From Octopus vulgaris (lineage: Eukaryota): 64,000 nucleotides of DNA. Positions 12,815 through 25,597 of the stretch are shown one piece after another. The notes beneath the pieces were generated by a model. It was not told the origin of the DNA. It saw only the letters and a program-made list of their open reading frames with translations, and did not search any database. The stretch covers positions 83,700,001 to 83,764,000 of the forward strand of contig OX597826.1 of the NCBI GenBank assembly GCA_951406725.2, read 5' to 3'. The translations under genes and the position numbers were made by a program. The stretch's first letter is position 1; each line of letters begins with the position of its first letter.

Positions 12815-15631
12815 AACTGCTAAGGGCCACTGACCAGATCTGTGGATGGTGCAAAATCCCCTCTCGACCCAAGGTAATGTGGTGGTGGAACAATGTGGTT
12901 GACAGGGCTATTAGACAAAAGAAACAGGCTTGGAAGAACTGGAAGAATGAAGGTAGCAGGGAATTGTATCAGACTGCCAAAAGAAAAGTTAGGAGACAGG
13001 TCTATTTAGCCAGAGGGGAAGCAGATAAGAAGAAATTTGCCAATGTTCTGCGCCGTGAGGACCAAAGACTTGAGGTGTTTCGTGTTGCAAGACAGTGTGT
13101 GAGAGAGAATTGTGATGTCGTAGATGAGAAATGTGTCCGTATGGTTCACTTGCACTAAACGAGGCTGCAAAGAGAGAGGTTTGGAGACGCCACTATGAAA
13201 GGTTGCTCAATAAAGAGAATGAATGGGAGAAAGAGAGTCTGCTGAATGTCGACCCAACAGAGAGACCAGCTATCCGTGTTGACAGTACCTTGGTAGATAA
13301 AGCAATCAAGAGTATGAAGGCAGGGAAAGCCCCAGGCCCATCAGGAATCACTGCAGAGATGCTCAAAATATCTGGCAGTGTTGGCTATACCCTAGTCACC
13401 CATAAAGTTAACCAGGTGATACATGAAGGAGTCATATCCAATGACTAGAGTACCAGCACCATAGTCAACTGCTACAAAGGTGAAGGTGATGCTTTAGATA
13501 TAAATAATTACAGAGGTATCAAGTTGTTGGATCAGGTAATGACGGTCACGCAGAGGGTCATAGCCCAACTAATTAGAGAGAGAGTCAGTTTAGATGAGAT
13601 GCGGTTTAGGTTTGTGCCAGGGAAAAGCACCACTGATGCTATATTTCTGGTAAAACAGCTGCAGGAGAAATACCTAGCCAAAGATAAACTTCTGTACCTG
13701 GCTTTCGTTGACTTGGAGAAAGCCTTTGACAGGATCCCCCGATCCCTTATCTGGTGGTCAATGAGGAAACTAGGGATAGATGAATGGTTAGTGAGAGCTG
13801 TGCGAGCCATGTACAGGGATGCCATCAGTAAAGTGAGGGTTGGCAACAAGTACAGTGAAGAATTCTAGGTAGAGGTAGGGGTCCACCAAGGTTCAGTCTT
13901 CAGCCCCTCCTATTTATCATAGTTCTCCAGGCAATAACAGAGGAATTCAAGACAGGATGCAACTGGGAGCTCCTCTATGCTGATGACCTTGCTCTAATTG
14001 CTGAGTCACTTTCAGAACTAGAGGAGAAGTTTCAGGTGTGGAAGTGAGGATTAGAATCGAAGGGCCTTAGAGTCAACCTAGCTAAAACCAAAGTCCTAAT
14101 AAGTAGGAAGGTAGACAAACCACAAACCCCTTCAGGTAGATGGCCCTGCTCGATCTGTAGAAAAGGTGTAGGTAGAAACTCTATAAGATGTACCCAGTGT
14201 AAGCTATGGACACATAAGAGGTACAGCAATGTCAAAGGAAGGCTAACTGGGAAGATAGTTTTTGTATGTGGCAGATGCTCAGGAGTAATAAACACTGAAA
14301 ATGCACAGAGACCAACTTCCGCCACATTCCAGGGAGAAAAACTAGAAGTAGTTGATAGCTTCCGTTATCTAGGTGACCAAGTCAGTAGCGGGGGTGGGTG
14401 TGCTGAAAGTGTAGCTGCTAGAATAAGAATAGCTTGGGCTAAGTTCAGAGAGATCTTACCTCTGCTGGTGACAAAGGGCCACTCACTCAGAGTAAAAGGT
14501 AGACTGTATGATGCATGTGTATGAACAGCCATGCTACATGGCAGTGAAACATGGGCCGTGACTGCTGAGGACATGCGTAAGCTCACAAGGAATGAAGCCA
14601 GTATGATCCGATGGATATGTAATGTCAGTGTACATACTCAACAGAGTGTAAGTACCCTGAGAGAACCTAAGAAGCATCAGTTGTGGTGTGCAAGACAGAC
14701 GATTGTGTTGGTATGGTCATGTGGCAAGAATGGATGAAGATAGCTGTGTGAAAAAGTGCCACATCCTAGTGGTTGAGGGAACCTGTGGAAGAGGTAGACC
14801 CAGGAAAACCTGGGACGAGGTGGTGAAGCATGACCTTCAGACATTAGGCCTCACGGAGGCAATGACTAGTGACCGAGACCTTTGGAAATATGCTGTGCAT
14901 GAGAAGACGTGGCAGGACAAGTGAGACCATAATGCATGGCCTTTACCAGGGATGTAGCCAGCCCACTTATGCATACCTTTCCTTCTTTGGACACAAAACT
15001 CTGCTTGCAAAGACCTTTTGAGGCAAATGAAATCGAAATTGAATTCGAAATCAAACCGAATTCGACAACTGGCACCCATGCAAACCTCCCTTCATTGGAC
15101 ACTAAACTCTGCTTGCGAAGACCTGTTGGGGCAAGTGAAATCGAAATTGAAATAATTCGATGACTGGTACCTGTGCCAGTGGAGTGCTAACAGCTCCATC
15201 CGAGTGGGATCATTGCCAGAGCAGCTGTCTGACTTCCATGCCAGTGGCATGTAAAAAGCACCATTTGAACATGATCGTTACCAGCATCGCCTTACTGGCA
15301 CTTGTGCCAGTGGCACGTAAACAAAACATTCGAGCGAGGTCATTGCCAGTGCCACTTGACTGACTCCTGTGCAAAGGGGCATGTAAAAAACACCATTTCG
15401 AGCATGGCCGTTGCCAGTACTGCCAGACTGGCCCTCATACCAGTGGCACTTTAAAAGCACCCACTACACTCTCGGAGTGGTTGGCATTAGGAAGGGCATC
15501 CAGCTGTAGAAACTCTGTCAGAGCAAATTGGAGCCAGGTGCAGTCATCTAGTTCGCCAGTCCTCAGTCAAATCGTCCAACCCATGCTAGCATGGAAAGCG
15601 GACGTTAAACGATGATGATGATGATGATGAT
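12815..15631 (+). mobile_element. 5'-truncated RTE-clade LINE: RT pseudogene, structured 3' UTR and (GAT)n tail
   Basis: Motifs WWWNNVV, KAPGPSGITAEML, NYRGIKLL, STTDAIF, FVDLEKAFDRIP, GVHQGS, YADD (13976-13987), FRYLG, GSETW, RRLCWYGHVARM, GRGRPRKTW; several stops and frameshifts; ends GGACGTTAAACGATGATGATG. Confidence 0.95.
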
Positions 15632-16597
15632 ACATATGCATTTAAACTTACGCAGATACACGCACGCACACACACACACACACACGTGTGTGAGTGTCTA
15701 TGTATGTAAGATTCAAGTAAAGAGCTTGTAGGATGCTTTACAAAGCTTCTCCACCGTTATTGGCTACCTGGTATCATCCTACATTGGACATGTTCGTATT
15801 ACTGGATGTAAATCAAGAATTCCATAGTAACTGTAGAGTTTATGTAAATAGACAGATGACAGAAAATAGAATTAGCAACATTATTTAAAATCACTACAAT
15901 TGTTTTGACCCCCACACTTACACCGTTGCACAATCATTATCTCATAACCATGGTGTAAAATGTGCCTCCTCAGACAACTGTTTAAATAAGTTAGATTCTC
16001 TTGCCATTTCACTACCCAGAGTGTATACATACCCCGCCCCCTTGACATCACTCCTTCATTTCTATCAGGCATTCTGTATAACAAGGAACGTCATCAGACA
16101 GCATTTGCAAGGGTCCATAATTAAAATGGACCTGATGCAATCAGTGAAGGGCATTCAGCTGTAGAATTCATGCCAAGAATGGAATGTCTGAGAGAGGCAG
16201 AATCTCCAGTTATAATGTAATGATCCATCCGACCCATGCCAGCATGGGAAGCAGGTGTAAAATAACATTGAAGATGATGATGATGATGTGTATGTGTGTG
16301 TGGGGGGGAGGTGCATAGGTGCAAGAATTGATTGTATTAAGTGCATCCCTTTGTTGGTGGATCAACCAAGAGTTTACAACCGACATTCTGGTGCAAGGGA
16401 ATGCTTGAGATAAAATCATAGTCTTTGGAAAACTTCTTTACTTAAATACAATCTGATGATTGCCTTATTGGCAAGAAATTTAAAGTAATAGAAAATTAGC
16501 CGACTTTATTAATAATGGTATAAATACACACACACACACACACACACGACATACACAACACACACACACACACACATACACACTCACAAACAACACA

Positions 16598-16636
<39 letters not shown>

Positions 16637-16643
16637 CATACAC

Positions 16644-16694
<51 letters not shown>

Positions 16695-16891
16695 TCACAA
16701 CACACACACACAAGTTTTATCAAGATAGATTTGAAAGTAGAAATGATTGTTGCAGGTTCAGTGAAGAAAGTCAAGGAAAAGTGTGTAGGTTTGATGATGA
16801 ATAGGAAACTTGAATATGGGAGGCGGCCGAACCCACTGTGTGGCAGGGATATAAATTTCCTTGATAAGTAGCAAAGCATAGAATCGCACTA

Positions 16892-16932
<41 letters not shown>

Positions 16933-17559
16933 TGCACGCAGGTGTTTGAGAAGATAAATAGATGCAAGAAATTGAAAGATGAATGGCAAGAGAGGAAGAG
17001 AGCCAGTGAAAGGGAGAGAGATAGTGAGTACATATAAGGGGGGGGGAGAAAGAGAGAAAGAGAGAATCACAAAGCAGCCAACATTAGATAGACAGTTAAA
17101 CAGCAATGAGGGTGAAACTGGCCGAACAGACAGATTCTTGAGTAAAGATTATGAAGCCCGGGGGGGGGGGTGAGAATCAGCTGTGAATGTCTTGCTTCAG
17201 ACATTTTGTTTGGTCTAAATCACAAGACACACACAGAGATAAGGGTGGGTGGCTTTGCCTGTTGTAGGGCAAAGGGGTACGTGTGGAGTGGATCCCTTCA
17301 ATCCATGCCAGCAGAATGGATTGAAGGGATGTAAAAGAATGATAGGGGTGGAGGTTGTGTTGGTGATGATGATATATTATGCTTTGCTCAGTGCACCTTC
17401 ACTATTAAGAATGGTTACTAAGTCTTCTAGAGAAAGTTAAATGTAAGAAAATGGCAAAACATCCGAGATAAGGTTTTACTACTGCTAATTCTTACAACTT
17501 GAACTGAAGCAGATTAAAGGCCATAACAATCCTAGGAGGGAGAGAGAGGGAGAGGGAAA

Positions 17560-17597
<38 letters not shown>

Positions 17598-17719
17598 GGT
17601 GGGAGGGAGGGAGGGAGGGAGAGTAGAGAGAGGGAGAGAGATAAAAGAGAGTGAAGGTTGTTGCTAAGATACAGTTGGCAAAGGGTTAAATCCTTTTGTC
17701 TGAATTGCCTGCTTTATGA

Positions 17720-18900
17720 GCCACACATTTTGGCCAAAGTGCCTGGTATTTGTTTTTGCTAGTGTGGTCAGGAAATCACAGTTCTGTGTGATTCTTGGCA
17801 GACTTATCCATAACAATTGCCACCTGAAGCGATGTGCTATGGAGCAGGTGGATGATAAACTTAGCTTTGGTGCAATTCTAATACTTTGGGATCAACCGAA
17901 AGCTTCCTATAAAGTCAACTATTGGCCCTTTCGTTGCTGCCCCAGTCTGTCCAGTCCCAATGTAGAACCGCATCAGAGATCAAAGTAAATGGTCAACCAT
18001 GGAAAAGGTTTCAGATCTCAGGCTCAGATTGTGAAAGGTGTCCACACTCATCACTCTTTCATGTTGTGGCTTTTGAGCAGCCATTGTTGCAAAAGCTAGA
18101 GGTATGGACAAGTGTTTCTCTTGAACATGGACAGTAATATCAGTAGACAACATCCCATGATCTCACTGGACACCTCAGAGTGACCAGAGTCATCCAGGAA
18201 TGGGGTGGTGGCTTTTCAGGTGAGATCACACCTTTCTTACATGCCAGGCCCCAGTTTTTTTTTCCAATCAGATTAGAGTTTCTGCTTTTGCACTTCTTAT
18301 GGAATGAATGCATTCCTCGTATCAGAAGGTTTATTTGCTGCCAATACCACTTGTGCAACAAAATCAAGATGCCATAGGTTAAGATGCAGAGGCATGTGAG
18401 GCAGTGAGATCTGCAAAACTTTGGGAGACAGGAAGAAGTTGGTGTGGTCACTGTTTGTCTGACATGTCTTTCCACAATTTGGTTTTTTGATGAAGCTTTA
18501 GTCAATCTTTAGTCGGGGAAAGACAAAGATTGAGTGTCTGGCATTTGAAATTTTGTCAAGCACTCAGTTTTATACCAGTCAATGGTAGATCAATATTTGT
18601 ATTCTGTAGAGGATTAGTAACACTGGACTCAGGCTGACCCTACATATTGACAAAGATCAACTGAATAACACTTTGGAGAATATTCATTGAATGGGAGGAT
18701 TTTTGGAAGCTGTCCATGATTTATGGACAACTTCCAGAAACCATTAACCAGTTAATGCTACTGGGAAGACTTGTTGACTTGGAATAAATTCTACAGGAAT
18801 GGTAATTCCCATCAGCAAGACCTATCCATGATGTGTGCAGAGTAATAAAAGTATTGTATGCTCACTTGTTTGATATTTGAGCATTGGTGAGTCGCTAAAT
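17720..18900 (+). mobile_element. Old L1/Tx1-clade LINE RT remnant
   Basis: GRLIHNNCHL...GAILILWDQPKASYKVNY resembles GR.I.DN..L....LDQ.KAFDRV; RCPHSSLFHVVAFEQPLL resembles GCPLSPLLY.LALEPLL; LHFLW...ICCQ downstream. Confidence 0.65.
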
Positions 18901-19739
18901 GAAACGGTTGTCCCTGCATGTTTGACAGACCTGACTAATAAACATGAGAAGCCCCTTGTCATTTTCTTGCTTCCCTGCAGTGAATTCGCTGTGGGTGAGA
19001 ACCACAAGACAAAACAGGAACATGTTAACACTCACCATCAGTTAAGATCAGAAGTCATCGTTTTATCCGGTCGTAGCAGGTATTAGTTTCCATGAAGTCA
19101 TCGTTCAGTTGAGATTTTGGCTGACAAATTTAAGTAGAAAAAAAATGGATAAGTTTTTACCTTTTTGCAGGAATTTACAGGCATTGCAAATGAATTGACA
19201 ACCTTCTCGACCAATCATATATCTCGATATATCAATATGTCTACAATATGTTTGAAATCCACCCCACCCCACCCACCCCCATTCACACACTCAAAATAAA
19301 TCTCTTTTGCGAACGTCTGCCCCACCACTTTCTCCCTGTGTTCATAACCATCAAATGAGACAAATTCTTCAGCCGTGAATCAATGATGGAACCTCTACAT
19401 GGTTGCTCAACCTACTAGAAATAACAGCTGATTTCCCTTCTGTCTTTGAAAAACAAGTTAAGTTAGATGAGGTGATGTAGTCCAAAATAAACTATATCTT
19501 TAAAAAAAAATAAAAACCAATGAAATATCCACAACCAGAGCACTTTGATCATGACCAAACACACACACACACACACAAAGTTTCCATCTACCAAATCCAC
19601 TGAAGGCTTTGGTCAGCTTGAGGCTATTGTAGAAGACAATTACCCAAGGTGCCATGCAGTGGAACCGAACCCAGAACTAAGAGGTTATAAATCAAGCTTC
19701 TTAACCACATGCCCATATCAATATATTTACACAAATGAA

Positions 19740-19950
19740 GCCAGCTAATGAGCAGAATCGTTAGCACACCAGGCAAAATGCTTAGAGACATTTCATCTGT
19801 CTTTGAGTTCAAATTCCACCAGGGTCGTCCTTGCCTTTCATACTTTCAGGGTCAATGAAATAAACACCAGTTGAGTATTGCAATCGATTTAATCAATGAT
19901 CCCCACCTCTCCCCCGAAATTGCTGGCCTCGTGCCGAAATTAAAAACCGA
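19740..19950 (+). mobile_element. SINE family A
   Basis: GCAGAATCGTTAGCAC head, GAGTTCAAATTCC B-box and GCCTTTCATACTTTCAGGGTCAATG core. Confidence 0.85.
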
Positions 19951-20467
19951 TATATTTACACATATGTACTGACCAATAAACATGCATGTAGAGTTTAAAG
20001 GATGGGGTGCAGGGGTGCGATATGCAGAAACAAGAGAGGAAAAGAAAGAAATGGTTTTGTGTAGGATCCAGGATGCGATAAGTCACGGAGATAAACTAAG
20101 ATGTAAAAACGAGGAATGGCAAATTAGTATCTAAACAAAACTGCTGGTACACCCAGTATGGCTTTGGTTGCTAAAAGACCAAAGCATTGAATTAATTAGA
20201 TTTGACCATTCTTCATATAAACCAAATTACCTCTCCAATTATATAACCTCTGAAATATTCCTGAAATAATGAAGATCAGATGTTGGTGAAACACTTGCAG
20301 GCTGTTTCTATTTAATCTAAAACTCGTTTGATAACGAGCTGCTCATCTGCGTCATTAATCCGATGCCCTGATAACGAAATATTAAGTGAAGAGTTTCCTA
20401 CCCAAGACTTTCCAAATTTCAGAATAGTTTTAACACAAACGATTGTTAATAATTATTGGTGCTTCTA

Positions 20468-20775
20468 AGGCAGCAACCTGGTAGAATTGTTGGTATACGG
20501 GACGAAATGCTTAACGCCATTTCATCCGTCTTTACATCCTGAGTTCAAATTCTGCCAAGGTCGACTTTGGCTTTCATCCTTTTGGGGTTGATAAATTAAG
20601 TACCAGTTGCATACTGGAGTTGATCTAATCAACTAGCCCCCTTCCCCCAAATTTATATCCTTGTGCCTAGAGTAGAAAAGAATAAAATAAAGTACTAGTT
20701 GAGCACAGGGGTCAATGCCATTGACTTAAGCCCTCCCACCAAATTGCAGGCCTTGTGCCTAAATTTGAAATCAAT
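20468..20775 (+). mobile_element. SINE family A, full copy followed by a second 3' half
   Basis: Full copy 20468-20682 (GTCGACTTTGGCTTTCATCCTTTTGGGGTTGATAAATTAAGTACCAG), then a second AAGTACTAGTTGAGCACAGGGGTC...GCCTTGTGCC. Confidence 0.85.
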
Positions 20776-21454
20776 AAATATTGGTTCTTCAAATATTGTA
20801 TTTTAAGAGAAATTAAAGAGAAAAACCAAAAGTTTGGATGAGATCTGAGACTTCTTTGAGATGAAACCATTCCTTTGCATTAAATCTATTAAAATATTTG
20901 GCAATTGTAGAATTTATTGATGTGTGTGTGTGTGTGTGCGGTGGCAGTGGTGGTGGTGGCAGTGGTGGTGGTGGTGGTGGTGTAGCTAAGACTACATTAT
21001 CCAATTGCACTTCTTTTTGAAGATGGTACAGTGTGAGCTGAGCAAGATTTTACTGCTATTTTAGCTAGTCAAGCAATCCTTTAAAGGCATTTGAATTAAG
21101 CTGACATAGAGCGAAGTTACGTAGCTCACTGGATCTGATGAACAGAGGCTGTTATAGTAGCTGCAAATGAGACAAAGAGAAGACACAGCACAGTATGTTG
21201 AGGAGTGGGTCTTTAACAATCAACCACTCGACCCTTTAAACAATGTAGGATGTTTGCATATAGCAGCAGCAACATCCTAGATGTTGCCAAATGTGACCCA
21301 CACTGTCAAATATAAACTGATTAGTATTCTTCTTTATTTAACAGAGTCATTTTGCAATACGTTAATAGTCCTCAAAGTTTTTCACTTTGTCGTGCACAGG
21401 TGATCAAGTAAAAAAAATTACAGGTGTATTTCACAATGGAACTAAAATATTTCT

Positions 21455-21612
21455 TGTGCACAAGCTGTGGTAAGAAGGTTGCTTACCATCCACATGGTTC
21501 TGTGTTCAGTCCCACTGGGAAGTACCTTGGGCAAGTGTCTTCTACTATAGCCTCAGGCCAACCAAATCCTTGTGTGAGAATTTGGTAGATGAAAACTGAA
21601 AGAAGCCTGTCG

Positions 21613-21615
<3 letters not shown>
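21455..21615 (+). mobile_element. SINE family B head
   Basis: GCTGTGGTAAGAAG...CCTTGGGCAAGTGTCTTCTACTATAGCCTC...GAAACTGAAAGAAGCC, then (TA)n(GA)n. Confidence 0.85.
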
Positions 21616-21649
<34 letters not shown>

Positions 21650-21652
<3 letters not shown>

Positions 21653-22108
21653 CCCAGGAAGACATAGGATGAGGTGGTGAAGCATGACCTTCGAACGTTG
21701 GGCCTCACAGAGGCAATGACAACAGACCAAAACCTCTAGAGATATGCTGTGATTGAGAAGACCCAGCAAGTAAAGTGAGATCACAGCTGTAGCCTATACC
21801 TGTGTCGCATAACCAGCCCACTCAAAAAGTACCATGGGTCGTAGGGTGACATGCTATGCTTGAGAAGACCTATTGAGTCAAGTAAATCAAAAATCAAAAT
21901 TGAGATCAAATTAACCAGTGGCATGTAAATAGCACCCACTACACTCTCGGAGTGGTGGGCATTAGGAAGGGCATCCAGTTGTAGAAACATTGCCAGATCA
22001 GACTGGAGCCTGGTGCAGCCTCTTGGCTTGCCAGCCCTCAGTCAAACCATCCAACCCATGCCAGCATGGAAAGCAGACATTAGACAATGATGATGATGAT
22101 GATGATGA

Positions 22109-22112
<4 letters not shown>
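21650..22112 (+). mobile_element. RTE LINE 3' end
   Basis: AGACCCAGGAAGACA...GTGGTGAAGCATGACCTTCGAAC, 3' UTR AGCACCCACTACACTCTCGGAG and (GAT)n tail. Confidence 0.9.
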
Positions 22113-22146
<34 letters not shown>

Positions 22147-22149
<3 letters not shown>

Positions 22150-22500
22150 CACAGGCATGGCTGTGTGGTACGAAACTTGCTTCCCAACCACATGATTCTG
22201 GCTTCAGTCCCACTGTGTGACACCTTGGGCAAGTATCTTACACTATAATCTCAGGCCAACCAAAGCCTTGTAAATGAATTTAGTGGGTGGAAACTGAAAG
22301 AAGCCCATCATATATATATATATATATGAACATATGCTTGTGTGTCTGTGCTTGTCTCCCCCCACTACCACCTGACAACCAATGTTGGTGTGTTTACGTC
22401 CCCATAACTTAGTGGTTCAGCAAAAGAGACCAATAGAATAAGTTCCTCAAGGTGGTGCCCCAGCATGGCCACTGTCTATTGACTGAAATAAGTAAAAGCT
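22147..22500 (+). mobile_element. SINE family B, full length
   Basis: Head GGCACAGGCATGGCTGTGTGG, short internal (TA)n, tail GACTGAAATAAGTAAAAG. Confidence 0.9.
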
Positions 22501-22929
22501 ATAAGATAAAAAGATTTAGAAAAATATGGAAAACTGTTGCAATGCTCCAGTCTGGCCTGGGATGCCAATTTCAAACGACTGTCTTACGTGTGCAGTTATG
22601 ATGAACAAACAAGAGAACTTCTATGTCAGACATGGGCCAACACTCTGACCACATGTAGCCCTTTATGACATGTAGAGCCACAACTAATGTTATGCTGTGG
22701 TAAACAAACTTTTTCTCAATTAAATTTAGGATTAATGTCTTTTTTTTTAATTTTATTTTTTAAATGTTTTTGAATTGCTTAAAATATTTTGTAATGTGGC
22801 ATTTGGGTGATGTGGCTTCAATTGATGAAGAGTTAGAAAATAATTCCCACCCATGCTTTGCATACTTGTTTAGCTGCCAAATCTCCCCGAGGTCCCTTTT
22901 CAGGATTTTACATGATTTCACCAAATTTA

Positions 22930-23110
22930 TTCATATTTTTCAAAATTCAATCCCTTATTTTTTTGTAGCTTTGTAATTTCAAAGATGTGATTGTCTATTT
23001 TTAGAATGACATAGTAGGGTAGGTGTGTGAGGCCAGATCTGGTCAGTTTGAACGCAAAACAGGGAGAATATTTGGGGTGGACATGGGGCCAGTTTAAATA
23101 TTAAAGGGTT
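22930..23110 (+). mobile_element. Right end of a putative piggyBac-type MITE
   Basis: Ends ...GCCAGTTTAAATATTAAAGGG|TTAT; homologous to 28400-28542, which ends AATGCTAAAGGG|TTAA. Confidence 0.5.
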
Positions 23111-23984
23111 ATTATCTTAAACAGAAAATGTAGTCTTAAATGCATTAAGTCTGCATTAATAAATAAATAGAATATAAAATCAAGAGGGGCTGGCCATGGC
23201 CAGAAGATCTTTTCACATGAGGTTTTACTAGATCTTCCTCACCCCTCCTCCTCCTCACTGAAGCATATTCATTTGATTTAAATGTATTTTCTCAACAGAA
23301 TAGAATATGTTAGGCTGATGAGATCTCATAAGACCAAAACATGTATGAGGCTTTGACCAGATGGTTTTAAAGACAGATCCCTGCTGTGCAGACACCATTC
23401 CTCAAATCAAAAATTGTAATCAACTGATCTTAATGATGTTACCTTACTTGGTTTTAGACCATTTTTAAACACCCAAAAAGGGAGTTTTTGTTCACTAATT
23501 GCTTTGATAATCTCAACTAGTCCAAGTTTTCGACTCACAATATACGTGTGTGGCCCTCCTGTGTTTATTGTATACAGAATGCTCAACAAAGGTGTTTTCC
23601 TTTTTATTTTGAGTAGGAAGCTGGCGGCAATGCTGTCCACCCCTTCTCAAACTAACAGAATGGAATCGTCTATCAAAAGTTTTCTTTATCAACAGTCAGA
23701 ATAAACCAAACAAGTCTTTGAGAGAGAGAGAAGAAGAAGAAGAAGAAAGAGAAAAGAAAAGAGAAAAAGAAGTGCTACTCCCATTCTTTCTTTCTTTCTT
23801 TCTTTCTTCCTTTTTCTTCCTCCAACTACCACACAAGGAAAATACATCAAGTGAAGAAATATGATGTGGCTGGTTGCTATAGAGAAGCTTTGAGTGGTGG
23901 TGGAGGGGCGGAGGAGAGATTGGATGGGGGCTGTGAGGGGGGGAGCTGCCACTACACAGCACCAGCAGCATGAGGGAGTGGTGA

Positions 23985-24015
<31 letters not shown>

Positions 24016-24156
24016 GTCAGTTAAAGTGAGGGGAGGGAGGGGAGGAGGTTCAGAAGAAAAAGAGGGGGGGGAGAAGTCAAGAAGAAGAGAAGAGAAAAAG
24101 AAATTAAAACCTAAAGGAAGAAAAAAGACAAAAAAACAACTTTTTATATTCTCATA

Positions 24157-24246
24157 AACATCATCACCATCATCATCATCATCATCATCACCACCATCAT
24201 CATCATCATCACCATCATCACCATCATCACCATCATCATCATCATC

Positions 24247-24278
<32 letters not shown>

Positions 24279-24347
24279 CATCATCATCACCATCATCACC
24301 ATCATCACCATCATCATCATCATCATCATCATCATCACCATCATCAC

Positions 24348-24379
<32 letters not shown>

Positions 24380-24425
24380 CCATCATCACCATCATCACCA
24401 TCATCATCATCATCATTATCATCAT
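24157..24425. repeat. Compound (CAT)n/(CAC) trinucleotide array
   Basis: About 270 bp of CAT triplets punctuated by CAC; directly visible. Confidence 0.95.
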
Positions 24426-25339
24426 CTTTACATATGTTCATTATCTCTATCATCATCACCATCATCTTTAGCATATTTTAACAGCTACTGATGCCATCAT
24501 CATCATCATCATCACCACCACCACCACCATCAAAATCCTCCTCCTCTGCCTCATCATCATCATCATCATCATTAACATCTATCAACAGTGCAGAACTTCA
24601 TCATCAGCAGAAATTTTGTTCTTTTCTCCCTACAACCAGCTGCACCACCGCCACCACCGCCACCACTTCTAACCACCCTCGCCACCACCGCCACCACTTC
24701 TAACCACCCTCACCACCACCGCCACCACCACCACACCACTTGTATCTGACTCCATCATCACAACTACCAAAACCACTACATCCTTCACTACCCCCTCACT
24801 TTGCAGCAGCAATACCAACATCACCCCCGACCGCCGCCCCCACCGACTACTTTCACATCCGCACCACCACCACCACCGCCGCCGCCGCCGCCGCCGCTAC
24901 CGCCACCACCACCACAATCACCGCTGCCACCACTACCACTTCTACAAACGCCACTATAATCACACTCACCACCACCACCACCACCGCTACTACTTCCACC
25001 ACTACAATCCACAACAGCCACAGTAAAGTTGGAATCCACAAAATGGTTTTATTTTGGTCTGGAAATAGAATGAGACGAAGTTCGGACATCGCGAATGAGT
25101 TTGGTGTGAAGTGAAAGAAAGAAGAAGAAGAAAAAGAGAGGGAAAAAAGAAGGAGAATAGAAAGAAAATAAAAAAAGGAAGGAAAAGAAGAAGGAAGAGG
25201 GGGGCAAGAGAGTGCAAGGGAAAGTTGTCTGAAGAACAGACAACAACAACAACAAATCTAAACCAAATTTATCAGCAAACTTATTCCAATTTGGAAGTTG
25301 AAGGAGGAAGAAGAAGAGGAAGAAAGAAGAGAAAGTTTT

Positions 25340-25597
25340 AAGACAAAACTACACCCACCCCCCGCCACCATCATCGCCACTGCTGATACTACTACTACTA
25401 CTACTAAGGCGCTAGCAGAATTCTGATGAGTGGCCGAGGAGGACCCCACGAAGTACTTTTGTGACTGGACTGTGATATTTACCCTATCAGTCACATTGGT
25501 CAGGATCCTTGTTTTAACTGGTCAAGAAAGTTGGCCTTGGATAATCGATACAGACCCGTAAAGAACGATCTTGGCCTTGTGATTACGTTTCCCCAAG
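25340..25597 (+). other. Candidate non-coding (5' UTR-like) exon ending at a consensus splice donor
   Basis: CCCCAAG|GTAAGT perfect donor after 25597; unique, higher-GC sequence; all three frames contain stops; start position uncertain. Confidence 0.4.

Noticed and set aside
15174-15460. Regularly spaced motif with variable intervening sequence as CRISPR-like
   Set aside because: The intervening segments are homologous to each other and the array is part of the RTE 3' UTR.
19740-19830. tRNA genes at SINE heads (also 37699, 57195)
   Set aside because: A/B-box-like motifs only; no complete cloverleaf; at 19740 and 37699 the sequence continues into SINE bodies.
23689-24474. 261-aa Asp-rich ORF suggesting an acidic biomineralisation-type protein
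   Set aside because: Made of successive triplet microsatellites, with no signal peptide or coherent domain; equally open in other frames.
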